Positions 52,793 through 62,729 of a DNA stretch of 64,000 bases are shown piece by piece (within the stretch, counting starts at the first letter, position 1; the number at the start of each line of letters is the position of its first letter). A program made the translations under genes and the position numbers. The stretch comes from an uncultured Gammaproteobacteria bacterium (GTDB lineage Bacteria; Pseudomonadota; Gammaproteobacteria; UBA4575): assembly GCA_963976865.1 (NCBI GenBank), contig CAXBLY010000003.1, positions 11,154-75,153 of the forward strand. Reading direction: 5' to 3'. The notes under the pieces were generated by a model, which was not told the origin of the DNA, did not search any database, and worked only from the letters and a program-made list of their open reading frames with translations.

Positions 52793-53158
52793 ATGTCATC
52801 AGATAAATCCTCGAACAGACTAGATCAAATCGTACTAAAAGCCCGCAGTGAGCGTGACAATAGAGAAAAAGGTTATCGTGAGATAGCTTTAAAAATGTAC
52901 CCCTGGATTTGTGGGCGCTGTTCGCGCGAATTCTCCCGCGAAAATCTACGAGAGTTGACAGTGCATCATCGAGATCATAATCATGACAACAATCCTCCGG
53001 ATGGAAGCAACTGGGAACTACTATGCGTCTATTGCCATGATAATGAGCATTCGCGCTACATTGATTCGGAGTATGAAGGTAAAGCAGCGAAACTTCAGAA
53101 GAACACAACTACCCATAAACCGTTTGCTGATTTAGCAAATATGCTTAAGAAAGAGTGA
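52793..53158 (+). CDS. yajD: HNH nuclease YajD
   Basis: Near-identical in layout to E. coli YajD (CGRCSREFSRENLRELTVHHRDHNHDNNPPDGSNWELLCVYCHDNEHSRY). Confidence 0.85.
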   Translation: MSSDKSSNRLDQIVLKARSERDNREKGYREIALKMYPWICGRCSREFSRENLRELTVHHRDHNHDNNPPDGSNWELLCVYCHDNEHSRYIDSEYEGKAAKLQKNTTTHKPFADLANMLKKE

Positions 53159-53391
53159 CTCGTGCAGTCTAATGAAATTGTAAGTTGGATATATCAATGG
53201 TTAGACGAATTACTGCCAGAATCTGTTAAATATGCTTGTCTTCATATACTATTTATCATCAAAGCTCATTTGAACTATTTTACTGAACGGGTATGTATCT
53301 AGCGATTATAGTAATGACTATAATTGCCATGAAATTTCTTGCATCGAAAACCCCTTGTCAATTTTGTCTTCATTCACATGTTCCCATTAAG

Positions 53392-54382
53392 TTAAATCAC
53401 TCCAAATGCCATAATCGGCATTCCTGGAAATACCACAGATGAATCAGTGTGGCCGAGTATGATGGCATCGTGCATTGTGATCATGGTTTCCTGATGTTTC
53501 CCAAACGCATTCACTATCCTGGCAAAAGGTTGACCTGTTTTAATAAACTCGCCTGGTTGTGCAAGAAAGCGGATAATTCCACTAGTAGAACTATGCGGCT
53601 GATCATAGTAATGATATATTTTTTGCTGTATTGTCTTTTTCCAATTCATCTGGCCCTGATGATAACGCGTACGGGTTACACATATTCATTGAAGTGATGA
53701 CGTTCCAGATTGCTTCAACACCTGCGCTGACATTAATCTCATTGATTACATATGGTTCACCTAATTCCAATGTCAATGCAGGAACGGAATTTACTAGAAG
53801 GTTATAGGATAATGTACCTTTAAGAATTTCTTTTTCCTGAATTACAATAAGATTAGTATCAAGAGCTATTTTTTTAGTGAGGTTAAAAGTCGCCTGGTGA
53901 GGGCCTTTTGGATTTGCATCCAATACTGTATAGAGGATTGAGCGTTTCCAGTCAGTGTGCAGATCAAGTACTAAATCAGGATTGCTTTTCATAATCATGG
54001 AAAAAATTTCACTGGCAATTCTCTCGCCAAGTGATCCTTCAGGATTTCCAGGGAAGCATCTGTTTAAATCTTCCTGGCTGGGTGTAACCATTCTTGATCC
54101 TTGCTCAAACCCGAACGGATTCATAAGTGGAATTGCATTAATTGAACCACATAGAAGGTGTTTTTTCGCTCTGCGAAAAATCTCATGGATAACAACCATT
54201 CCACAGACTTCGTCACCATGTGTACAAGCCGTCAGCCAAAGGGTCGGCCCTTGTTTATCCGCCTTGACTGACATAAGCGGCAGTCGCCGCACAGAAAGGT
54301 CGGAACCCAGTAATAGTCGCTGGAAAGAATAGCGGGTTTTAATACTCTTTCGGGATCGATTTAACAGGCGTGGATTAGTCAT
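53392..54382 (-). pseudogene. Succinylglutamate desuccinylase/aspartoacylase (AstE/AspA, M14-like) family gene split by a frameshift near 53640-53690
   Basis: The 259-aa ORF carries the Zn-site region (TACTHGDEVCG). The 85-aa ORF in another frame (FIKTGQPFARIVNAFGKHQETMITMHDAIILGHTD...) looks like the family's C-terminal domain. Combined length is about 330 aa. Confidence 0.5.
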
Positions 54383-54704
54383 AGTCGTACTCGCTTACTC
54401 TAAAGGTGTGGATAACAGCTCAGGCCATGGGTAATGGTTTTAAGCCTGTTTTGCGGTCGTGGAAATAGTCTGTTTATCTATTCAAATAGTCAATAGACCC
54501 CAGTGTAAAATTTCACTGTACAAAGAATTAAACTAGGTGCAATATCGCGCCGCAATTGAAATGTGCCTATCTGACTGAGTCATTTAGGCTGACAAATTAT
54601 GCTTGCCGGAAGACCTTAAGATACTATCGCTCTGGAGAGGGTTGGTCCCTAAGATTAGGCGGTACAGATTTTTTACTACATCATATTAATGTGGAGATTT
54701 TTGC

Positions 54705-56651
54705 ATGAAACCAGTATCTAAAGGCAAGCGTAAGTCCAGCAATCAAAAGCTTATTGACATACTAGGGCCCGTTGAAAATCTTGAGAGTTATGTAAAGGCA
54801 GACTGGTGGAAACACCTGTTCAATGCAAATTACTTGCGTACCGATGGTGATGTGGTTAGTGATCCGGCCATCACAAGTTCTGAGGTGGATATACTTGAAG
54901 ATATTATGCAGGCAGAAAAAAATGAAGCCATGCTGGATCTTTGTTGTGGGCAAGGCAGGCATGTAATGGAGCTGGCGTGTCGGGGATATTCAAACCTATA
55001 TGGGATGGATCGATCGCATTACTTGATTAGTCGAGCGAAAGCTACAAGCAAAAAAAATGCATTGACGATTTCTTTCAAGGAAGGTGATGCACGTAAATTA
55101 CCATATCCTGATAACCACTTCAGCGTCGTCATGGTGTTGGGAAACAGTTATGGGTACTTTGAAACGCAGAAAGATGATGAAGTGGTACTTGAAGAAATAT
55201 CTCGAATACTAAAACCTGAAGGAAAACTGATAATCGATCTTACCGATGGAGACTATGTGCGTGATAATTATGAGCCACGTAGCTGGGAATGGATTGATAA
55301 AAACTATTTTGTTTGTCGCGAGAGATCCCTGTCTGCAGATAATCAGCGTTTAATATCACGGGAAGTAATAACTCACGTTAAAAAAGGGGTGATTGCTGAC
55401 CAGTTTTACTCAGAACGGTTATATAACACCAATGAAATTTTAACCATGCTAGCTGAGAATGGTTTTAAGGATGCCGCACATGCAAATAAATTAAATACAC
55501 AGTCGGAACGTAATCAGGATCTGGGGATGATGGCTGTCCGCAATATCATTGTTGCTCATGCGCCAAAATCTAAAATTTTAGTTGACTCTGTAGTTCCTGA
55601 GAAACCACGTATTGCAGTATTATTGGGAGATCCTGGTATTGCAGATAAGGTGAAACCTGATGAAAAATTTGATGAAGATGATTTTTATACGATTAATCAG
55701 CTTAAATTAGCTCTTGCTGAACTACCACAATACAGAATTAGCTATTTTGATAAGCATGATCAATTTATATCAGTCTCATCAAGCTGGAAAAATAATTTCG
55801 ACCTTGTGCTAAATTTGTGTGACGAGGGTTATTACAACAAGCCAGAATACGAACTCCATATTCCGGCGCTACTAGAAATAAACGATATGCCCTACACGGG
55901 TGGAACACCTCAGTGCCTGGCGTATTGTTACGATAAGTCTCTGATCAGGGGTATTGCAAATGAACTGGATATTCCTGTTGCAAATGCGTTTGTAATAAAG
56001 CCGGAAGACACAACGTTTATTGATATTAACATCTCTTTTCCAGTCATTATCAAACCAAATTTCGGTGATTCCAGCTGTGGTATAACATCTGAGAGTGTAT
56101 GCTCAAGTGTAGATCAACTCGCTCAAGGGGTCCTTCGAATTCGCGAACAGTATGGATATGAATTGCCAATCCTCATTGAGCAATTTCTGCCAGGAAAAGA
56201 TATCAGTGTTGGCATTATAGGAAATCCACTGCATGAAGTTGATATTCTTCCAGTAATAGAAGAGGATTATTCTGAATTACCTGCCGGTTATCCAAAAGTG
56301 TGTGGTTATGAAGCCAAGTGGGATCCTGCATCACCGTATTGGAAGATACGATCGGTTGCGGCGGATCTGGATGCGCCTGTGGAACAATATCTTCAGGACT
56401 GTTGCCTGAAGCTATTCATGCGTGTTGGCTGTCGTGATTATGCCAGATTTGACTGGCGTCTGGATGCTAATGGTACACCTCGGCTTTTAGAGATCAATCC
56501 TAATCCAGGATGGTGCTGGGACGGGCACTTAGCCAAGATGGCAAAACTGGACAATATGACATACGCAGAAATGCTGGACAAAATTATTAAGGCAGCGTTA
56601 CTGAGATCACACATTCCATTTCACGGTATTGAAAATGGAATCATGCATTAA
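54705..56651 (+). CDS. Bifunctional class I SAM-dependent methyltransferase / ATP-grasp (D-Ala-D-Ala ligase-like) protein
   Basis: N-terminus: MLDLCCGQGRHVMELA (motif I) and MVLGNSYGYF. C-terminus: a Ddl-like ATP-grasp domain (FPVIIKPNFGDSSCGIT..., ILIEQFLPGKDISVGIIGN, LLEINPNPGW). Confidence 0.7.
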   Translation: MKPVSKGKRKSSNQKLIDILGPVENLESYVKADWWKHLFNANYLRTDGDVVSDPAITSSEVDILEDIMQAEKNEAMLDLCCGQGRHVMELACRGYSNLYGMDRSHYLISRAKATSKKNALTISFKEGDARKLPYPDNHFSVVMVLGNSYGYFETQKDDEVVLEEISRILKPEGKLIIDLTDGDYVRDNYEPRSWEWIDKNYFVCRERSLSADNQRLISREVITHVKKGVIADQFYSERLYNTNEILTMLAENGFKDAAHANKLNTQSERNQDLGMMAVRNIIVAHAPKSKILVDSVVPEKPRIAVLLGDPGIADKVKPDEKFDEDDFYTINQLKLALAELPQYRISYFDKHDQFISVSSSWKNNFDLVLNLCDEGYYNKPEYELHIPALLEINDMPYTGGTPQCLAYCYDKSLIRGIANELDIPVANAFVIKPEDTTFIDINISFPVIIKPNFGDSSCGITSESVCSSVDQLAQGVLRIREQYGYELPILIEQFLPGKDISVGIIGNPLHEVDILPVIEEDYSELPAGYPKVCGYEAKWDPASPYWKIRSVAADLDAPVEQYLQDCCLKLFMRVGCRDYARFDWRLDANGTPRLLEINPNPGWCWDGHLAKMAKLDNMTYAEMLDKIIKAALLRSHIPFHGIENGIMH

Positions 56652-56797
56652 TCAAAGTATAGTATTTTGTATAATAAAACTTAATTGTTAGAGAACATCT
56701 GAGGATGCTGGCAAATTAATTTAGGTCTTGTGTTTATGACTGGAAATGTGTATTCATTACAGCGTTACAGTAACTTGTTGCATAGGTTGACATATTA

Positions 56798-58357
56798 ATG
56801 AATGACAATACTTTTACCGAAGACCCAGAGCACAGATTAAATCTGCGCAATCTGGAACTTGCTGACTATGATGATCTAAAGATAATAATGGATCTTGTGT
56901 ATCCTGGCTTAGAGGATGTATTGCAGGAAAAGAAATTTCGAGCTCAAATATCTACCTTTGGTGAAGGGCAGATATGTATTGAAGACCATGGTAAGGTTGT
57001 TGCCGCAGCATTTTCTCTCATTGTTGACTATGACAAATTCGGCGACCATCACACTTATGACCAGATTACAGGAGATGCCTATCTGACAACTCACGACCCA
57101 AGAGGTGATGTGTTATATGGGGTTGAGGTTGTTGTGCATCCTGATTATCGCGGCATGCGTCTGGGTAGACGTCTGTATGAAGCCAGAAAAGAACTGTGCA
57201 GAAATTTAAATCTTAAATCGATTGTTGCCGGTGGGCGAATACCGAATTATCAAAAACATGCTAAGGATATGTCGCCTCAAAAGTATATTGAGCTGGTTAA
57301 AAAGAAGAAAATATACGATCCTACGCTGACATTTCAATTATCGAATGAGTTTGAAGCCAAGCGTATTCTTGATGATTACTATCCGGAAGATAAAGAATCC
57401 AGGGGTTACGCAACTCTTTTGGAGTGGACAAATTTATATTACGACGAGCAGAAAATACCACTATTTGGCGCAGTCAAGAAATCTGCAAGAATAGGTTGTG
57501 TTCAGTGGCAAATGAGACCGTTAAAATCTGTAGATGAACTCATACAGCAGGTTGAGTTTTTTGTCGACGCGTTATCTGATTATCAATGTGATTTAGCACT
57601 TTTGCCAGAATTCTTTAATGCGCCATTAATGGGAATAGAGGCACATAAAACATCGATTAATTCGATCAAGGCCCTGTCCGCATTCACTGAAGAAATAGTT
57701 GAAGCAATATCTCGTCTGGCAGTTTCATATAATATTAATATTATCGCAGGTTCCATGCCTGTCGTAGAAGATAATCAATTATATAACGTTTCTTATTTTT
57801 GTCGTCGTGACGGTACGCTTGAATCACAATATAAAATACATCCTACGCCACATGAGAAACGTGCATGGATTATGCAGGGTGGCGACAACCTTAATGTTTT
57901 TGAAACCGATTTCGGGAAAATTGGAATATTGATTTGCTACGATATTGAATTTCCTGAGCTCGCACGCTTACAGTCGGAAGCAGGGATGCAGCTATTATTT
58001 GTGCCATTCTGGACTGATACAAAGAATGCCTATCTCAGGGTGCGTTGCTGTGCGCATGCGCGTGCAATAGAAAATGAATGTTATGTCATCATAGCCGGTA
58101 GTGTTGGCAATTTGCCGAAAGTGGATGGAGCTGATATACAATACGCCCAGTCTGCTGTTTTTTCCCCGTCAGACTTCTCGTTTCCTCATGATGCCATCAT
58201 GGCTGAAACAACGCCGAACACCGAAATGACATTAATTGTTGATCTTGATCTGGAGAAGCTCAGTCAACTGCGCAATGAGGGTTCTGTAAAAAATTATCTG
58301 GACAGGCGTCGTGATTTATATCGAATCAACTGGCTAGGTAACACAAATTACAAATAG
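56798..58357 (+). CDS. Bifunctional GNAT N-acetyltransferase / carbon-nitrogen hydrolase (nitrilase superfamily) protein
   Basis: N-terminal GNAT domain (VVHPDYRGMRLGRRLYEA). C-terminal CN-hydrolase domain with LPEFF (Glu) and ICYDIEFPE (Cys) catalytic motifs. Confidence 0.7.
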   Translation: MNDNTFTEDPEHRLNLRNLELADYDDLKIIMDLVYPGLEDVLQEKKFRAQISTFGEGQICIEDHGKVVAAAFSLIVDYDKFGDHHTYDQITGDAYLTTHDPRGDVLYGVEVVVHPDYRGMRLGRRLYEARKELCRNLNLKSIVAGGRIPNYQKHAKDMSPQKYIELVKKKKIYDPTLTFQLSNEFEAKRILDDYYPEDKESRGYATLLEWTNLYYDEQKIPLFGAVKKSARIGCVQWQMRPLKSVDELIQQVEFFVDALSDYQCDLALLPEFFNAPLMGIEAHKTSINSIKALSAFTEEIVEAISRLAVSYNINIIAGSMPVVEDNQLYNVSYFCRRDGTLESQYKIHPTPHEKRAWIMQGGDNLNVFETDFGKIGILICYDIEFPELARLQSEAGMQLLFVPFWTDTKNAYLRVRCCAHARAIENECYVIIAGSVGNLPKVDGADIQYAQSAVFSPSDFSFPHDAIMAETTPNTEMTLIVDLDLEKLSQLRNEGSVKNYLDRRRDLYRINWLGNTNYK

Positions 58358-58471
58358 CAAATCGTTATCTGGAATATTAGTGAGTTCGGCAATATCTGGT
58401 TATTTGTGTGCGTATCCATGGCTAAATTATAATTTTGCGCCATATAGATAACCTAACTAATACTTGATCGA

Positions 58472-58876
58472 TTATACGACAAAATACTGTTCCAGTTTGT
58501 TATGAAATTCAGTCTTATGGCCAGTCCACCATTTAGCAATATATTTGGCTAGCTCGTTTGGCTCATGGTTATTGATTGCATTATTAACAATCCTGTTGAG
58601 ATCAGCTAAAAAAGTTTTTCTGTATTCTTGTATAATCTTTAGATCATTCTCGGGAATGCCTCGTTCCAAAAGAATTGATTCTTCTGTTTTCAGGTGGAAT
58701 ATGATGTATTGCTCCAGCATCAAAATAGTGGGTTTTAAAGATTTTAAATCCCAGCCTTTTTGCATAAAATAAAATAATGAATTTATCATTGCTATCAAGC
58801 CTCTATGCTGTTCATCCAGTATGGGAAAATTGACTAAATCATTTTCGTCCCATTTTATAAATAGTATGTTCGACAT
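58472..58876 (-). CDS. Bacteriohaemerythrin (haemerythrin HHE cation-binding domain)
   Basis: IKWDENDLVNFPILDEQHRGLIAMINSL plus downstream H/E ligand positions (HLKTEESIL, WWTGHKTEFH). Confidence 0.6.
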   Translation of the reverse strand: MSNILFIKWDENDLVNFPILDEQHRGLIAMINSLFYFMQKGWDLKSLKPTILMLEQYIIFHLKTEESILLERGIPENDLKIIQEYRKTFLADLNRIVNNAINNHEPNELAKYIAKWWTGHKTEFHNKLEQYFVV

Positions 58877-59369
58877 TGCATCTCCAATCGAATGGGTAGT
58901 ATTAGTCTGACTGTTCTATCAAATGTAAATTTCAAAGAGAGGTTTAAGTAGTCGCTTTAATATTGTTGCTAACTATATGAACTTTTCTTTATATGAATAT
59001 AATAATCGTTTTATAACCTTCAGGCTGATACTGACAGATATTATTGTCTGTTAATACAGCACAGGCCTTCTATATGGTTCTGTGACTGTTATATCATGAA
59101 CTGAAAACAGTAAAAATACATAAATACAATGATTCATTAATATTGTAATAACTAAATAATATATATCAAAATTATTTATGCGTTATCCGTTTGTTTTACT
59201 TTGTCTGAAAGAGGGAAATTGTGATGTGTTTAACGAAATGGGTGTATGCCGGTATATTGTCCTCTAAGGTGCTGGGAACTAATTGCTCAAATTATAGTCC
59301 TTAAGACTGACTGGATTATATTGATAATATAATTGTATTTTTATTAATATAAAGGTATCGTTTATTGTT

Positions 59370-59756
59370 ATGAAACAGTGGAAAAACATCGTTGCATTCA
59401 TTTTGATTCTGGCTATGCCAGTTTCATTGTGGGCCAATGTGACCATGGCATCGCACTGTCAAACATCAAATTCCTCATCTCATACAATGCACTCCCAAAT
59501 AGATAATGGAATGCATATGCATATGAATCATGAAGTTACTACAGAAGTAGTTGATAATTCATCTGGCTGTGACTGTGGTTGTAATGACTTGATGGATTGC
59601 TCTGTCTCAGGTTGTCACGGCACAGCATTATTGAACGGATCGGAATTAAAATATAATCCTTATACACAATCAATTGTCCAGCTTGCAGGGCCACTGGCAC
59701 CTTCTCCTGACCCACATCTATTATTTAGACCCCCTATTTTACTTTCCCTGGCCTGA
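59370..59756 (+). CDS. Secreted Cys/His/Met-rich small protein (putative periplasmic metal-binding, CzcI/CopL-like)
   Basis: Signal peptide, then HTMHSQIDNGMHMHMNHE and CDCGCNDLMDCSVSGCHG. Immediately upstream of the OMF and multicopper oxidase genes. Confidence 0.5.
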   Translation: MKQWKNIVAFILILAMPVSLWANVTMASHCQTSNSSSHTMHSQIDNGMHMHMNHEVTTEVVDNSSGCDCGCNDLMDCSVSGCHGTALLNGSELKYNPYTQSIVQLAGPLAPSPDPHLLFRPPILLSLA

Positions 59757-59877
59757 TCATCAGGTTATTTGCTACTGCTTTTGACATGATGCATGTCAAG
59801 TAGCTGACATCACATTCAATATTATCTGGTCGTTACGTATTTTCTGTAACGTATGTATAGAAATTCAGGAAAGTATT

Positions 59878-61356
59878 ATGAATAAACACATATGCCTACT
59901 TATGCTAGCAGGTACATTTTTGCTTTTGGCAGGATGTACTTCCATCCCAAAAGATCTGGGTCGAAATGATGTTAATGCACTCATTAGTGAGCGAGGGGTG
60001 CCAATCGAAGCGACTGTTAAACATGGCAGTAATGAAGTACTTAATGCGCTGATAGCACAACCTTTGACTGCTGAAAGCGCTATTCGAATTGCGTTAATCA
60101 ATAACCCGCAGCTTAAATCGACGTATGCTGGTTTAGGCATTGGTGCTGCTGATGTTTATGAGGCAGGACGCATTCGTAACCCCATTTTTTCATTCACATC
60201 GCTGGACTCTAACGTCTCAGGCGAGCGTAACCTGAATAGTTACGGTTTAATTTTATCGTTTACTGATTTGCTTACGCTGCCATCTCGAAAACGTATTGCA
60301 GAGGGCGAGTTTGCAGTAATGAAACAGACTGTAGGTGCTGAAATTGTCAATACTGCAGCTGCAACTGAAGCTGCTTTTTATGAATTTGTTGCAGCAAAGC
60401 AGGTTGCTGCATTGCGAGAACAAATTGCAAAAGCGGGTGCTTTATCACGTGATCTCGCCAAACGATATTATGATGCAGGTAATTTATCGCCACGCGATTT
60501 GGCCCTAGAGCAGGCAGGTGCTTCTGAGTCTCAACTGGAATCGTTGGAAGCAAATGATGAAGCATATATAAAACGTGCCCAACTGGCAGCATTACTGGGA
60601 CTGTCTGTAGCCGATGCATGGGATGCACCCGCACAACTACCGGTACCTCTTGTACAGGAAGACAATCTTGATGATCTGATCAAATTAGCCCAGCAGTCCA
60701 GACTGGATCTTGCTGGAGCGAATGCGCGTGCGAAGAACTATGCAGATCGTCTGGGTGTTACAAACTGGACTCGCTGGCTGGGTGAGCTGGATGTGGGTAT
60801 TGAACATGAGCGCGAAACAGATGGCGCAGACCTGACAGGACCCACCATTGAATGGGAAGTACCGATTTTCACGCAAAATCGTGATCGCAAGCTACGTGCC
60901 ACTGCTGAATTAAAAATGGCAATTGCTGAAGTTGAACGCTTAACACTGGATATTGAAAACAGTGTTCGATTGGCTTACGCAGCCACTTTAAACACAAAAG
61001 CACGTGTAGATGAATACAGGGATCGTTTGATCCCTGCGCGCATCGAAATAGTTGAGCGTGCACAAGAAGAAGAAGCGTTTATGCTGATTGGCATATTTGA
61101 ATTGCTGGAAACCAAGCAGGCTGAATATGATGCCTATCAAGGATATCTGGAGATTGTGCGTGACTACTGGCTGGCACGTACAGAGTTAGCACGTGCCGTA
61201 GGCAACACACTGCCGAGTAATCGTCATGTGAATAAAAAACATTTAAGCGTCGACGATTATATTGCTCCACAACCTGAAAGTATGGATCACTCAGCACATG
61301 GTGATATGAGTCAATCAGAAACCATCTCTACGGACAATGCGCACAGCAATCATTAA
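59878..61356 (+). CDS. Outer-membrane efflux lipoprotein (TolC/NodT family) with a C-terminal His-rich tail
   Basis: Lipobox LLAGC, OMF coiled-coil repeats, C-terminal MDHSAHGDMSQSETISTDNAHSNH. Confidence 0.75.
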   Translation: MNKHICLLMLAGTFLLLAGCTSIPKDLGRNDVNALISERGVPIEATVKHGSNEVLNALIAQPLTAESAIRIALINNPQLKSTYAGLGIGAADVYEAGRIRNPIFSFTSLDSNVSGERNLNSYGLILSFTDLLTLPSRKRIAEGEFAVMKQTVGAEIVNTAAATEAAFYEFVAAKQVAALREQIAKAGALSRDLAKRYYDAGNLSPRDLALEQAGASESQLESLEANDEAYIKRAQLAALLGLSVADAWDAPAQLPVPLVQEDNLDDLIKLAQQSRLDLAGANARAKNYADRLGVTNWTRWLGELDVGIEHERETDGADLTGPTIEWEVPIFTQNRDRKLRATAELKMAIAEVERLTLDIENSVRLAYAATLNTKARVDEYRDRLIPARIEIVERAQEEEAFMLIGIFELLETKQAEYDAYQGYLEIVRDYWLARTELARAVGNTLPSNRHVNKKHLSVDDYIAPQPESMDHSAHGDMSQSETISTDNAHSNH

Positions 61357-61380
61357 GTTATTTGAATTAGGAGATTTATC

Positions 61381-62691
61381 ATGACATCACGAAGAGAATT
61401 TTTAACCTATACCAGTGCAGGAGCCCTGGCAGCAGCAATCGTGCCGAATGCAAGCGCTGATTCAATCCCGGCTGCTGCACCAGCGATAGTGACACAATCA
61501 AAAACCCGTCAGAACTACGTGCCTGTGCGTACGCTGAATGGCTGGACCTTGCCTTATAAGATGAAAGATGGCGTCAAGGAATTCCATCTTGTTGCAGAGG
61601 AGATTGAACATGAATTTGCTCCTGGTTCAGTGGCCAAGTGCTGGGGCTATAACGGGACTACGCCCGGGCCTACCATTGAAGCGGTTGAAGGTGATCGGGT
61701 TAGAATACTCGTTACAAACTGCTTAAAAGAACACACAACCATTCATTGGCATGGACTGTTACTGCCCAGTGGTATGGATGGGGTTGGTGGTTTAAATCAG
61801 CCGCAAATAAAGCCTGGTGAAACCTTTGCTTATGAATTCACGCTGAAACAGCACGGCACACACATGTATCATCCACATGCAGATGAAATGACTCAAATGG
61901 CAGTGGGTATGATGGGGATGTTTATTATCCATCCAAGAAATGGAGAAATCGTACCTGTTGATCGTGATTACTGTTTTATGCTTCATAACTGGGCGTTGCA
62001 CCCCGGTACATATCGCCCTGATCCCTCTATTATGGTGGACTTTGATTTATGGACCTTTAACAGCAAAGTATTTCCAGCAATAGATTCAGTGGTTGCAAGA
62101 ACAGGGGAACGTGTGCGTGTACGAATAGGTAATCTATCAATGTGGAATCATCCAATTCATATGCATGGTGTGCAGTATTGGGTTACAGGATCTGATGGTG
62201 GTCGTTGGACACAAGCAAGCTGGCGTCCAGAAGTGACTGAAATAGTAGGAGTAGGACAAATCCGTGATATCGAGTTTATTGCAGAGCCGGGCGACTGGGC
62301 ATTTCACTGCCATATGGCTCATCACACCATGAATGCAATGGGTCACGAAATTCCAAATACGTTGGGGGTTGATCAATCAGGTATTGATAAAAAAATTAGG
62401 GAAATGCTCCCGGATTTTAAAGCCATGGGTGAATTTGGCATGGCGGAACATCAGGAACATGTCGATATGGGCCATCACACTGGTCCACGTAACACATTAC
62501 CAATGATGACAGGTGTTGGTCCATACGGAAATATTGAAATGGGAGGAATGTTTACCACCGTGAAAGTACGCGACAACTTAAAACGAGGTGACTTTAGTGA
62601 TCCGGGCTGGTATGACGCACCAGCAGGCACAGTAGCAGAAAAAGTAAGTTCAGATCCGGATTATGGAAACCCGGTCAGAATGAAAACATGA
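61381..62691 (+). CDS. Tat-exported multicopper oxidase (compact, 436 aa)
   Basis: RREFL twin-arginine signal. Cu ligands HWHGL, HPHADEM, HPIHMHG and HCHMAHH. AGGAGA RBS. Confidence 0.8.
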   Translation: MTSRREFLTYTSAGALAAAIVPNASADSIPAAAPAIVTQSKTRQNYVPVRTLNGWTLPYKMKDGVKEFHLVAEEIEHEFAPGSVAKCWGYNGTTPGPTIEAVEGDRVRILVTNCLKEHTTIHWHGLLLPSGMDGVGGLNQPQIKPGETFAYEFTLKQHGTHMYHPHADEMTQMAVGMMGMFIIHPRNGEIVPVDRDYCFMLHNWALHPGTYRPDPSIMVDFDLWTFNSKVFPAIDSVVARTGERVRVRIGNLSMWNHPIHMHGVQYWVTGSDGGRWTQASWRPEVTEIVGVGQIRDIEFIAEPGDWAFHCHMAHHTMNAMGHEIPNTLGVDQSGIDKKIREMLPDFKAMGEFGMAEHQEHVDMGHHTGPRNTLPMMTGVGPYGNIEMGGMFTTVKVRDNLKRGDFSDPGWYDAPAGTVAEKVSSDPDYGNPVRMKT

Positions 62692-62729
62692 ACTATCACA
62701 TCGAATCAAAGATGCTACATCTGCTCGGT

